Positions 63,556 through 64,000 of a stretch of DNA of 64,000 nt are shown in pieces. The position numbers and the translations under genes are program-made. The DNA is from Octopus sinensis (lineage: Eukaryota), in NCBI RefSeq assembly GCF_006345805.1, contig NC_043001.1, positions 35,588,001 through 35,652,000 on the forward strand. The letters are read 5' to 3'. Below the pieces are notes generated by a model that did not search any database, was not told the origin of the DNA, and worked only from the letters and a program-made list of their open reading frames with translations. How positions within the stretch are numbered: the first letter of the stretch is position 1; the number at the start of each line of letters is the position of its first letter.

Positions 63556-63886
63556 GTGGAAGGGCGTGGCTTAGTGGTTACGGTATTCGACTCATGGTCG
63601 CAAGGTCGCGAGTTGAGTTCCCGGCGATGTGCTGTGTCCTTGAAGAAGACACTTTATTTTCATGTTGCTCCGGTCCACTCAGCTAGCAAAAATGAGTAGT
63701 GTCTGTATTTCAAAGGGCCAGCTTTGTTACACTCTGTGTCACGTTAAATCCCCCTGAGAACTACGTTCAGGGTTACAGGTGTCTATGGAATGCTCAGCAA
63801 CTTGCACGTTAATTTCAGGAACAGGCTGTTCCGGTTGATCGAATCAACGGGAACCCTCGTTGTCGTAACCGACGGAGGGCCAGTTA
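63556..63886 (+). mobile_element. SINE family C (long-tail subfamily) with 13-bp TSD
   Basis: TSD gttccaatgctcc / gttctaatgctcc at 63543-63555 and 63887-63899. Confidence 0.88.
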
Positions 63887-64000
63887 GTTCTAATGCTCCC
63901 TAAACCTTAACCAATGGGTATGCTACCGGCTTCCAGAACAGTTGCCATACCTATATGGTGCATTTTGTATGCGTGTGGCCGTGTATGATATACAAGAGTA

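Overview
AT-rich eukaryotic non-coding DNA dominated by repeats, most likely octopus (coleoid cephalopod) intronic or intergenic sequence. That assignment is inferred from memory of the three high-copy tRNA-derived SINE families (labelled A, B, C here) and the extreme microsatellite load, not from a database search. I find no intact host gene; nearly all ORFs in the track are translations of microsatellites or SINEs. Supportable coding remnants are all transposon-derived: an internally deleted mariner, R4/Dong-type, CR1-type and RTE-type non-LTR fragments, a Penelope-like (PLE) GIY-YIG remnant and a decayed Chapaev3-type transposase. There is also a Merlin-type MITE with telomere-like repeats, an (AAT)n-targeted ~550-bp non-coding family (D), SINE-derived tandem arrays and one 100-N gap. 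The most interesting signal is a set of at least five unrelated short non-coding elements carrying minimal type-I hammerhead ribozyme motifs with palindromic stem III. Two of them show the compensatory U3-A8 core pair. They occur as tandem direct repeats (retrozyme-like, predicted 433-nt monomer) or as head-to-head fold-backs abutting (TA)n or (AAT)n tracts. All ribozyme folds were done by eye and no activity is shown. Most element boundaries are approximate to about 10 bp.
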